NCBI GenBank assembly: GCA_965226555.1
Contig: CBDDDG010000001.1
Span: 128,001 to 192,000, forward strand
DNA: 64,000 bases
Direction: 5' to 3'
DNA from: Salinispira sp.
GTDB lineage: Bacteria; Spirochaetota; Spirochaetia; DSM-27196; Salinispiraceae
A model generated the notes under the pieces. That model was not told the origin of the DNA. It made no database searches and saw only the letters and a list, made by a program, of their open reading frames with translations. The position numbers and the translations under genes are program-made. Each line of letters opens with the position of its first letter. Positions within the stretch are counted from its first letter, which is position 1. This document shows, piece by piece, positions 30,070 to 39,869 of this stretch.

Positions 30070-31518
30070 TTTCTGCCAGAACTTCGGAAGAAACAGCACC
30101 AGCACCGTGTAAATTTCCAAGCGTCCGAGCATCATCATGGCGCTGAGGTACCACTTTATGGGATCGGAGAAAAAGGCATAGTTCCTGCTCGGTCCAATGA
30201 GGCTGAAGCCCGGGCCGATGTTTCCGAGAGTTGCCAGAGCCGTGGTGAGGCTTGTAAGCAGATCATGGCCGTCGCTGCTCACGACGATGGTGGTGAGTAT
30301 GATGAAAAAAAGATAGAGAATAACAAAACCGGAAATGGTATGCAGGGTTGTTTTCCGTAAGCGGCGCTTATCTATGTGTACGGTAAAGACTCCCCGAGGG
30401 CGGATGAGGTAGTACATTTCCGTGAAGCTCTTTTTGAGAAGGGCGGCAATTCGTATGACTTTTACCCCGCCGCCTGTGGATCCGGCGCAGCCGCCGATGA
30501 ACATAAGCGCAAACAGCAGGGCCTGACTGAGTCCGGGCCAGAGCGCAAAATCGGCTGTGGCATAGCCGGTGGTCGTAAGAATACTGGCTGTCTGAAAACC
30601 CGCATGGCGGAGGCTGGTAGAAAAATGCGCGTAGGTTCCCGAGCGTTGAAGATTGACTGCCATTATGAGTCCCGCAACAAAAAATATACTGAGATACACC
30701 TTCAGTTCGCTATTTTGCCGGAGAATACGGAATTGTCCGGTAAGCAGCCGATAATGCATAATGAAATTCATTCCGGCAAGTATCATGAACAGGGTAATAA
30801 CGTTCTGAATGTAGGGGCTGGTGTAATGGCCGACACTGGCATTCTTCGGACTGAAGCCTCCGGTTGCAAGTGTACCGAAGGTGTGCGTGAGGGCATCGAA
30901 GAGGTCCATGCCGCCAATCATGAGGAGCGATGTCTCCAGCACTGTCATACCAAGATAGATCATCCACAGAATTTTCGCCGTTCCTGCGATGCGGTTGGTA
31001 AGGCGATCAACATCGGGGCCGGGAGCCTCCGCCTTCATGAGCTGCAGCCCGCCAATTCCGAGAAGAGGGGAAAGGGCAACTGCGAGTACCACAATTCCCA
31101 TGCCGCCGAGCCAGTGCGTGAGGCTCCGCCAGAACAGGAGAGGGCGCGGGAGAGCTTCAATGTTACTGAGAATTGATGCTCCTGTTGTTGTGAAACCGCT
31201 CATCGTTTCAAAAAACGCATCGGTATATGCGGGAATGCTGCCGTCAATAACAAAGGGAAGGGCGCCGATGGCGCTCATCAGAATCCATGCAAGGCTTACA
31301 AGAAGAAAGCCATCGCGCGGGGTCATTAGTTCCTTATGCCGGTGAGTAAAAATCAAGATAACAAGAGAAAGCGATATGCCGACGAAGAAGGGAAGAATAA
31401 AGGGCATCATGAATTCCGGGTTGCCTTCAATGAGCGCCACCATCATCGGAGCCAGCATGAATATACTGACCATGAAAATAATTACTCCCAGCGCCCGGAA
31501 AATTGCCTGCCAGTTCAT
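30067..31518 (-). CDS. trkH: Trk potassium uptake membrane protein
   Basis: FFETMSGFTTTGAS, WLGGMGIVV, ATGGFS, GGCAGSTGGG, LGNIGPG, GRLE. Confidence 0.95.
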   Translation of the reverse strand: MNWQAIFRALGVIIFMVSIFMLAPMMVALIEGNPEFMMPFILPFFVGISLSLVILIFTHRHKELMTPRDGFLLVSLAWILMSAIGALPFVIDGSIPAYTDAFFETMSGFTTTGASILSNIEALPRPLLFWRSLTHWLGGMGIVVLAVALSPLLGIGGLQLMKAEAPGPDVDRLTNRIAGTAKILWMIYLGMTVLETSLLMIGGMDLFDALTHTFGTLATGGFSPKNASVGHYTSPYIQNVITLFMILAGMNFIMHYRLLTGQFRILRQNSELKVYLSIFFVAGLIMAVNLQRSGTYAHFSTSLRHAGFQTASILTTTGYATADFALWPGLSQALLFALMFIGGCAGSTGGGVKVIRIAALLKKSFTEMYYLIRPRGVFTVHIDKRRLRKTTLHTISGFVILYLFFIILTTIVVSSDGHDLLTSLTTALATLGNIGPGFSLIGPSRNYAFFSDPIKWYLSAMMMLGRLEIYTVLVLFLPKFWQK

Positions 31519-32927
31519 ATAATTGATGGTTCTCCGCTGTTTACCAGTTCTTCAATGCGGGGAACGTGCTCCTTTCTGGCAAGAATGATAATGTGATCCT
31601 CCGCCTCAATAAGCGATTCGCCAACAGGAATAAAGGTTTCATTCTGCCGTTTGATGTAGAGGATGATGGTTTCCGGCGGTAAATAGATATCTTTGAGCTG
31701 ATTTCCGATAATTTCACTCCCCGGGTCAACCTGAAGTTCCAGGAAGTCGATAATTCCCTGAGCTGCGCTCTGAATTGAGGTAATGTTTCCCTTGAGCAGA
31801 TAGCGGACAATGGAATTTACCACGGTGTTTTTCAGGCTTATCGTAATGCCGAGGCCCAGTTCATTCGCTATACGGGTGTAGTTTTCAGTCCGTACAAGTG
31901 TTATGGCCCGTTCAATGCCGATTGTTCGGGCATAGAGGCTGGTAACAATGTTCAATTCCGGGTTTTCGGTGGCGGTAACGAGCAAATTACATTCATTTAA
32001 TCCCTCTTCCTCAAAAATACTCTCTTCGCTTATGTCGGCATGTATTACCAATGCTTCGGGAAACAGCTCACTGAGCTGCTTACATTTTTTATAATTACGC
32101 TCAACTACCCTCACCGAACGCGGACTCTTCCGCTGAATGAACTTGCTGAGTTTTCTAAAAAATCCGCCTTCCTGACGCTTCATGAGATAGTGGAGAACAG
32201 TTTTCCCTATTGATCCTCCGCCGACAAGCAGAATTTTATTTGTGGGGGGCGCCTCTTCGCCAAGATGCCGCTGAATCTCTTTAAAATCATTCTCCCCTGC
32301 TGCAATGTAAATTGTATCGCCCTCAAGAATAACCGAAGAACCATCGGGAATAACAATACTGCCGTCCCGCTGAATGACCGGAATAATGAATGTTACCGCA
32401 AAAAGTTCCGCAAGATTGTGGATGGTTTGTTTGACGAGGGGTGAGTTTTTATCGATGGTAAAACATTGAATTTGAATGTCAAGGTTTTCAAAAAGCATGA
32501 CGTAGTTGCGGGTACCGCTATCCACCTGCTGCATTATGGCCCGCGCAGCCTCAACTTCGGGGTTGATCATATAATCGATACCCCAGTAGGCGCGCCCCGC
32601 CATTTGGCTGTCCAGATACGCTGCGTTCCGCACACGGGCAAGTTTGTTGGGAATGTTGAATTCCGCGGCAACAAGGGTGCAGCAGATCATGTTGATTTCA
32701 TCGGATCCGGTGAGGGCAATGAAGTATTGGGCATGTTCCGCCCCTGCTTTCCGCAGCACATCAAGATTGTTGCCCGTACCGGTAATAACTATGCAGTCGA
32801 GACGTGACGATGCGTAACGGGCGGCAACCTCATCGTTTTCGATAATGGTTACATTCTTCCCTTCTTCGATAAGCCTGTCTGCAACCTGAAAACCAACAAG
32901 CCCCGCGCCAACAATTATAATACTCAT
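31515..32927 (-). CDS. trkA: Trk potassium uptake NAD-binding subunit
   Basis: MSIIIVGAGLVG start and two RCK domains. The upstream ORF extension is spurious because it overlaps rpn. Confidence 0.9.
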   Translation of the reverse strand: MSIIIVGAGLVGFQVADRLIEEGKNVTIIENDEVAARYASSRLDCIVITGTGNNLDVLRKAGAEHAQYFIALTGSDEINMICCTLVAAEFNIPNKLARVRNAAYLDSQMAGRAYWGIDYMINPEVEAARAIMQQVDSGTRNYVMLFENLDIQIQCFTIDKNSPLVKQTIHNLAELFAVTFIIPVIQRDGSIVIPDGSSVILEGDTIYIAAGENDFKEIQRHLGEEAPPTNKILLVGGGSIGKTVLHYLMKRQEGGFFRKLSKFIQRKSPRSVRVVERNYKKCKQLSELFPEALVIHADISEESIFEEEGLNECNLLVTATENPELNIVTSLYARTIGIERAITLVRTENYTRIANELGLGITISLKNTVVNSIVRYLLKGNITSIQSAAQGIIDFLELQVDPGSEIIGNQLKDIYLPPETIILYIKRQNETFIPVGESLIEAEDHIIILARKEHVPRIEELVNSGEPSII

Positions 32928-33128
32928 CAGCGAGGAGTATACCGAGATCGTATTGAATTGTCCATGGAAAAGAAATATCCCAAAAGAAATATCCGATGCG
33001 AATTCAACCATACGCGCGCCACTTTTCTGCCCACTTACCCCATTCCCGAAAAAATAGAAATTTTTACATTTTTCAAACTTTTTTTGCAAAAACTCAATCA
33101 CCACGAACATTTCCTCCGTTATCAGTAT

Positions 33129-34013
33129 ATGAAGAAAAAGAAACGGAATCAGGCGGCTCATCGAAAGCCGCGAAAACAATGGGATGAAACTCACAAATTC
33201 TTGTTTGCCGATGCGGAATCCATATATCAACTGCTGCAATTTGTCGATGATGACTGGATCACCTCTATTCGCCCTGAGAACATTACGATTGTGAGCAACG
33301 AGTTCATTGAACGGGAACTCGGATGCAAGAATCTGAAGAAGCTCATGCGCAAAATATCGGATATCGTTGCGAAAATTTCCTTCCGATACGGGAATGAAGA
33401 GAAAACCGTCTATATCATTCTGGAACATCAATCGACCGTCGATTATTCCATGAGCAGGCGCCTATTCGAATATCCTGTTATTGATGTGCATAGGCTCCCG
33501 CATGAAAAAATACTGAAGTCCCACGGTCGTGTGGCTGCCTATTTTTACCTTGCGCGCTACAACAAAGATTTGAATAATGAGGATAATTGCGCTGAATTCA
33601 CGAAGCATCTTTTGAACATTCTCCAGCATGACACTGGCGAAAAGGTGAAGGAGTCCTTGTTAATTATGAGCGATGTGCTCTATAATACACACATCTCAGA
33701 GACGAACGTTAACGATTACACTATGAAGGAGGTAATTGATATGATTACAAAAGAAGGAATAGAAATACTGTTCCCGTGGCAACTGAGAATTTACAAAGAG
33801 GTCAAAGCCCAGGTCAAGCAGGAAACTCAGGAGGAAATACAGGAAGGTCGTCAAGAAGGTCGCGCGGAGGGGCATATTGAGGAGCGGAGAAAAAACGCCC
33901 GCAGTATGTTTTCCAAAGGATTTTCAGCCCATGACATTCAGGATGTTACTGGGCTGAGCGAGGATGAAATTCGGACACTGCAGAATGGGTCGGGGAAGAA
34001 CGGATCGCGCTAA
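33129..34013 (+). pseudogene. Divergent Rpn-family protein with an apparent in-frame internal deletion; RpnS frame 33741-34013 intact
   Basis: WD..HK.LF, SDIV, LEHQS present, but it lacks the P.V.YNG..W segment seen in the other Rpns. AAGGAGGTaattgatATG internal start. Confidence 0.7.
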
Positions 34014-34104
34014 AATAATAGAAACTGCACATGCTTGGCAAAACATGGTAGAAAGTTTTGCAAAATGCAAAAGTTTCTGGTAGAATAGCGCGTACGCACG
34101 AATA

Positions 34105-34236
34105 CAATGGCCCGGGCTATCTCCCTGACGGGATATCCTTTTCGTCGATAATAGGCAATATCCTCATCACTTATCCGTATCCAACTGATTACACTGTCTG
34201 TGCACCACCTTTTTGTCCTCCTGTTTACAAAATTTT
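34105..34236 (-). mobile_element. IS30 5' fragment, 132-bp direct repeat of 36923-37054
   Basis: Near-identical DNA encoding IAYYRRKGYPVREIARAI. Confidence 0.8.
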
Positions 34237-34364
34237 CTGTTAGTGGTTTTTTCTTATACTCACTATATCTCAGAGGGCGGGGAGGTGGTGCACTTATGGT
34301 TGAATTCGCACTGCTAAGAAATATCTCTTGACACATTGTAAGATTATTGATTACACTTTCTCTA

Positions 34365-34523
34365 ATAGAAAGTTTTGCTACTGAAAATTTTGCTCTGCAA
34401 AATTTTCCAATGAGGATTCTCTCATCTGGTATGTCTGATTCTCTCAAGGTATAGAAAGTTTTGCTACTGGAAATTGTGCTTGCACAATTTTCCAAGGCAA
34501 AACTTTATCAATGCAAAACTTTC
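34365..34523 (+). repeat. Palindromic mini-element, hairpin-core-hairpin form
   Basis: Two tagaaagttttgctactg..aaatt.tgc..gca.aattttccaa units around a core ending ctctcaaggtatag. Confidence 0.8.
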
Positions 34524-34533
34524 AAGGAGTTTT

Positions 34534-35844
34534 ATGATGATAAATTATAATGATCATCCGCGCCGGAAACATTTCGGATTGTATATGCTTACGGCATTTT
34601 TTATTGCGGGAATACTTCTCACTGCCTGCGATATGCGCGGGTTTTTTGACGATGGTATTCACTATATCACCGGCACGGAATACGACCTCTACGGTTATGA
34701 CGCGAACGGCTACAACGCGGCCGGTTTTAATGCTGACGGTAATCATCGTAACGGAACAAAATATGGGCCGGATGGCTTTGACGAACAGGGTTACGACAAA
34801 GACGGCTTTAACGCTGCGGGCTATGACGCGGCCGGGTACGACAAAAATGGCTACAATGCAGAAGGCTATTCATCAAACGGGTACGACAAAGACGGCTTTA
34901 ATGCTGCGGGCTATGACGCGGCAGGGTATGACAAAGATGGTTATGACATAAACGGCTTTAATGCCGCGGGCATTCACCGCGACACTGGCACACAGTACAA
35001 CCTAAACGGTTATGGCAAAGATGGCTACAATGCGGCCGGTTTTAATGCTGACGGTAATCATCAGGATACTGGAACGAAATATGACCTGCGCGATTTCAAG
35101 AAAGACGGCTACAATGACGAAGGTATTTACCGAGACGATTTCCCTACCTTGGCGCAGGAAAATGCTCACCCCCGCAGCATCTGGACGGACGGAACAACAA
35201 TGTGGGTTCTGAATAATGATAACAACCAAAATACTCCCGGAAAAATCTATGCCTACAACATGGAGACCAAGGAGCGCGATGCGGATGAAGATTTCTCCTT
35301 TAATTATAACCCCCAAACCATCTGGTCAGATGGTGAAATAATGTGGGTGCTGGATGAACAATCAAAAACAATCTATGCCTACGACATGGAAACCAAGCTA
35401 CCTTATGGAAATGAAAACTTTAGCATAACTATTCCAGCGGGTGGAAGCATCCTTGGCGGCATCTGGTCAGATGGTGAAACAATGTGGGTGACTGTTGGCA
35501 GTACTGCGATCATCTATGCCTACAAGATGGCTAAGAATGAACGCGGAACTCGCGATGCCGCTAAAGATTTTGACAGGGACATACTTGACGATGAGAATCA
35601 ACTAATTACAGACATTTGGTCGGATGGGAGCACGATGTGGGTGCTCGATTATGGCGTCGACAAAATCTATGCCTACACTCTGGATACCAAGGAACGAGAT
35701 TCCTCAAAAGATTTCAATAATCTTGTTACAGGAAGCACTAACTTCTCTTCGGATGGAACAACAATGTGGGTGCTTGATCGTGTCAATAAAAACATTTATG
35801 CCTACGACTTAGCGACCGGGGCGCGTCCGCCCACGGGGGAATAA
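34534..35844 (+). CDS. Lipoprotein with G(Y/F)(D/N)xx pentapeptide repeats and a C-terminal repeat (probable beta-propeller) domain
   Basis: AAGGAG SD, lipobox LLTAC, many GYDxx/GFNxx units, five (I)W(S/T)DG.TMWV...IYAY repeats. Confidence 0.8.
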   Translation: MMINYNDHPRRKHFGLYMLTAFFIAGILLTACDMRGFFDDGIHYITGTEYDLYGYDANGYNAAGFNADGNHRNGTKYGPDGFDEQGYDKDGFNAAGYDAAGYDKNGYNAEGYSSNGYDKDGFNAAGYDAAGYDKDGYDINGFNAAGIHRDTGTQYNLNGYGKDGYNAAGFNADGNHQDTGTKYDLRDFKKDGYNDEGIYRDDFPTLAQENAHPRSIWTDGTTMWVLNNDNNQNTPGKIYAYNMETKERDADEDFSFNYNPQTIWSDGEIMWVLDEQSKTIYAYDMETKLPYGNENFSITIPAGGSILGGIWSDGETMWVTVGSTAIIYAYKMAKNERGTRDAAKDFDRDILDDENQLITDIWSDGSTMWVLDYGVDKIYAYTLDTKERDSSKDFNNLVTGSTNFSSDGTTMWVLDRVNKNIYAYDLATGARPPTGE

Positions 35845-36083
35845 GCGGCGCGTATATGCTGGAGGATTCTATGTACGATGCAATTGTTTCGCTCACTGAA
35901 GAATTAAGCGGACTGATCAATGCGATAACTGCGCAGCAATCCCCATTGTTCAATGGAGTTCTTTGGGGATTTATAATTGCCTTTTTACTGAACACCATTG
36001 GCATAATTGATTTTTATAATTATGCTGAGACGGTCATATCTGATCATGATAAAAATATTACAATTAATTGGGGAGATTAAATC

Positions 36084-36398
36084 ATGTTGACAGAAAAGAA
36101 ACCATTAGTAGAAGTGGCAAATATCAATACAACAATAACAAGTAATGATACTGCTGAACGAATTCTCAACAAGATAAATCGTGAGCTTGAGCATACTGAT
36201 GAAACGGTAGATGTCGATTTTAAGGGTGTTCTGGCAATGACAACATCGTGCGCGAAACTGATTTTTGGCACACTCTATGTGAGCAATGATCCTAAAGTGT
36301 ATTTTAAGAGGATAAGAATCATTAATACCACGAGCGATTTCAGATTGATAATTAATTATGGTATTCAGAGTGCGCTTAGTGATCAGGAAGATGTCTGA
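36084..36398 (+). CDS. STAS-like (DUF4325-like) protein
   Basis: V.VDFKGV..MT.S.A..IFG.L pattern; low GC. Confidence 0.6.
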   Translation: MLTEKKPLVEVANINTTITSNDTAERILNKINRELEHTDETVDVDFKGVLAMTTSCAKLIFGTLYVSNDPKVYFKRIRIINTTSDFRLIINYGIQSALSDQEDV

Positions 36399-36399
36399 C

Positions 36400-37054
36400 A
36401 GTTTGCGCACCGCTGAAACTCCAGTATTTTCCCTGCGTCAATCATATTGAAATCGCAGGACTTGGGAAATTGTCGGCGTATGAGACCGTTGGTGTTCTCT
36501 ACCGTTCCCTTTTCCCAACTGTGATACGGCTGGCAAAAATATACCTGCATACCAGTCAGCCGCTCAATGTTCTTATGGCGAGCGTTCTCGCTTCCGTTGT
36601 CGAGAGTGAGCGGCCTACGCAGGGCGGGGGGCAATGACCCGAGCAGCGAAATGGCATGATGAGCAAAGGTAAATGATGTTCTATCCGCAAGCGGAGCAAT
36701 GAAGGTCATCCGGGTTGCCCGTTCAACAAATACCGCCACAGCGCTGCGCTGACCCTTTCCAATTATACAATCGCCTTCCCAATGTCCTTCCTCGACACGG
36801 GCGTCAACCTCCTTTGTTTTTCCGACGCTCCCGCGCCTTCCGCTGAGCCTGATGAGCTACATACCGCCCGTGATCATTCCGGTTACGGTTCACTTCGCGG
36901 TAAATGGTCGTATGGCAACACCCAATGGCCCGGGCTATCTCCCTGACGGGATATCCTTTTCGTCGATAATAGGCAATATCCTCATCACTTATCCATATCC
37001 AACTGATTATACTGTCTGTGCACCACCTTTTTGTCCTCCTGTTTACAAAATTTT
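36400..37054 (-). mobile_element. IS30-family transposase pseudogene (HTH plus integrase core, internally deleted)
   Basis: REIARAIG...TTIYREVNRN, GHWEGD, TLDNGSE, YFCQPYHSWEKGTVENTNGLIRR.FPK. Confidence 0.9.
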
Positions 37055-37179
37055 GCTCCTGGAAATTGCGCAAGCACAATTTTCCAATGCAAAACTTTCT
37101 ATGTAATGTTGACATTCGCCCCCCCCAATGTCGATATTATGTGCTATACTCTAAATAACATCTTAATTGGAGGTAATGT

Positions 37180-39386
37180 ATGCAGATTGTAAGCATTAAC
37201 CAAGAACCAAGAACCCTTTAACACCCTCTGTGCTGTGGGGTTTTCTCATCATGATGACATTGCTCGTCGCGGCCTGCCCAATGCCGGAACCGGAACCAAT
37301 GCCGGAACCAGTGCCCATGGACATGGATACATCTCCCTTAATAGGCGTGTGGACCGCGGATAATGAGTTTCATACCATAGAATTCACCGCGACAACGTTC
37401 ATAGACCGTGTTTCGGGTTTGACCTGTGATTACACGGATAACGGAAACTCAATTACGCTCAGTAATTGTATGGGAGTCGAAGGAGCGGAAAACCGTAATG
37501 GGGCAACGGTAGAGTATACCATTGATGGAGATACGTTAACATTGGAGGGCAATGTCTATACCCGGCAGAATTCAGATGTACCTGAACCAACCGTGCCGGG
37601 CACCATGGCTGCTCCAAGCCTTGAAGCGGGGAATGAGCAACTAAGGGCTAACTGGACTCCGCCGGAAGAAACCGGCGGCAGCGACATTACCGCGTATGAA
37701 CTTCGCCATAGCGATAACGGCGGGAGCAGCTGGTCGGAGGATATTACTACAGTCGCCGCGCCAGCCACAGAAACCATCATCACGAACCTGACAAACGGCA
37801 CCACATACGTCGCGCAGGTGCGCGCACGGAACAGCGCTGGCGCAGGCGAATGGTCGGAATCGAGCGCAGAAGCAACATCTATTGGCGTTTCCCTCGCGCC
37901 GAATGGGTTCATGCTTGCAGTGAGTATGCAAACAATTACCGCAACATGGACTGCGCCGACCAATAGTGGCGACAGCGCCATTATTCGCTATGAACTGCAA
38001 TATCGCGTAGTCGGAACACGCGCGTGGGAACCTGTCATTGCCACCGCCGATGCCGACACCCTGACTCTCCCCATCCCCAACCTGACAAAAGGTGCCGAGT
38101 ACGAGGTGCAGGTCTACGCTGTCAATGGTCAGGGCAATGGTAACCCAACGGAAATTAAGAAAATAACAATTCCGGCTACCAAACCCAGCGCGATGAATGC
38201 TCCCACGCTCACAACCGGAGACAACAATCTCACCGCAACATGGACAGCGCCCGATGATGACGGCGGCAGCGCAATTACCGCGTACCATGTGCAGTATAGT
38301 TCAGACGGCGAAAGCACTTGGACGGCGGTCACCGACACTATAAGTGGTACTGCCATAAGCCACCCCATTACGGGCCTAGTAAGCGGTACCTCCTACGATG
38401 TGCAGGTGCGCGCCGTCAACGCGGTGGACAATGGCGACTGGTCTGCATCCGCAACAGAAACAGTGCGGATTATTGGAACACAGGCTCCCTTTGGTACGGC
38501 AGCCTCCGTCATTCTTTCGGCTGCTATTAATACCCAAATTGCCGATGAGAGCCTCACCGTTACTTTGGCTACGGCTACTACCCCGGTCGCAGGGGTTACC
38601 GTTGCCCTGCCGACAGTTGATGCAAATACCGGAATTATTACGGTTACCGCAACAACAACGGCCGGAACATATGTGGTATCCGGCGCAACCGGAGGCGGAA
38701 CTGAACGGTTTTCCGAAAAGTTTTATGTTACCGTGAGGCCTCACGATGGTGATGGCAGCGCTGGCGCTGCTAATACCGATGGCGGTAACGATGAACTGGA
38801 CGCCGCGGTAGATGCGGGGAGATCAACATGGGGCAATACTGCCAATCTCAACTACATTATTACCACGGCAGTAAGGGATATGAACAATATTTTTGAGAAT
38901 GCAAGATTATTCAATGGTGATATCTCACTCTGGGATGTCAGTTCGGTAACGGATATGTCCGGGATGTTTCAAGGGTCTTCACTATCAAAAAGCCGATTCA
39001 ATGGCGACATCTCTGGCTGGGATGTCAGCTCGGTAACGAATATGACCACTATGTTCACTAACTCAGCATTCAGTAGCGATATCACCGGCTGGGATGTTAG
39101 TTCGGTAGTGGATATGTCCGGTCTGTTCAATCAAGCAGACGCATTCAATCAAAATATCTCCGGCTGGGATGTCAGCTCGGTAACGAGTATGGACTTTATG
39201 TTTTGGAATGCAGGAGTATTCAATCAAAATCTTGAGGAGTGGAAGGATCATTTGCCGCTTGATGCTTCCGGCACATATACCGGAAACAAAACAAGTATGT
39301 TTGTGGGTTCCGGCTTGGATTCGGGTGATACAACGGATCCGGAGACTGCTGTGACCCAACCGAAGTATCCATCATGGTATTGGTAG
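37180..39386 (+). CDS. Surface lipoprotein FN3 x3 plus DUF285 (paralog 2); the SD-backed ATG at 37180 is out of frame with the main ORF (GTG 37230)
   Basis: Lipobox LVAAC, an extra N-terminal beta domain, FN3 and DUF285 repeats; AACCAAG x2 lies between the ATG and the h-region. Confidence 0.85.
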
Positions 39387-39650
39387 TTTCATAGCCCGCA
39401 GGAGCTATTGAAACGCTGCAACTCAACTCAGGCAGGCGCGGGGCTGGTCGGCGCTCCGTGCCTGCCTTTTTTCGATAAGACGGCTGCTCGGCGTACGCTT
39501 GGGCTGGTCAGAGGCCTGCGCCTCCTGGGCTGGTCGGCGTTGCAGGCCTGTTCGCCCATGCGACTGGATCAGGCTAATATCCCAAAATAATAGAAACTTT
39601 TTGAAAAAATTTCCCATATTCACCGTTTATATTTTACCCGTCTATATAGT

Positions 39651-39830
39651 ATGAGAAACGATTATATCAATATGGTACATGATAAAAGCTGGAAATACGC
39701 TTTCAAGAATGCTCAGATATTCTGGGACTTCATATACTCCTACTTCAATAAGGAACTCGCGCTGAGAATTGTTCCGGGGAGCGCCAAGAACATCTCCCCA
39801 GAGCATATCCACAAAGGGTTAGCCGAGCAT
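39651..39830 (+). pseudogene. Rpn-family N-terminal fragment
   Basis: HDKSWKYAFKNAQIFWDFIYSYF...I resembles the Rpn N-terminus; preceded by the rpn leader motif; runs into the pntB 3' end. Confidence 0.6.
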
Positions 39831-39869
39831 TCCCTATCCGAAGACCTTTCCTCATCGGGGCAGTTTTGG

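Noticed and set aside
32928..33431. N-terminal extension of TrkA (638-aa ORF)
   Set aside because: It overlaps the opposite-strand rpn; the family N-terminus begins at 32927.
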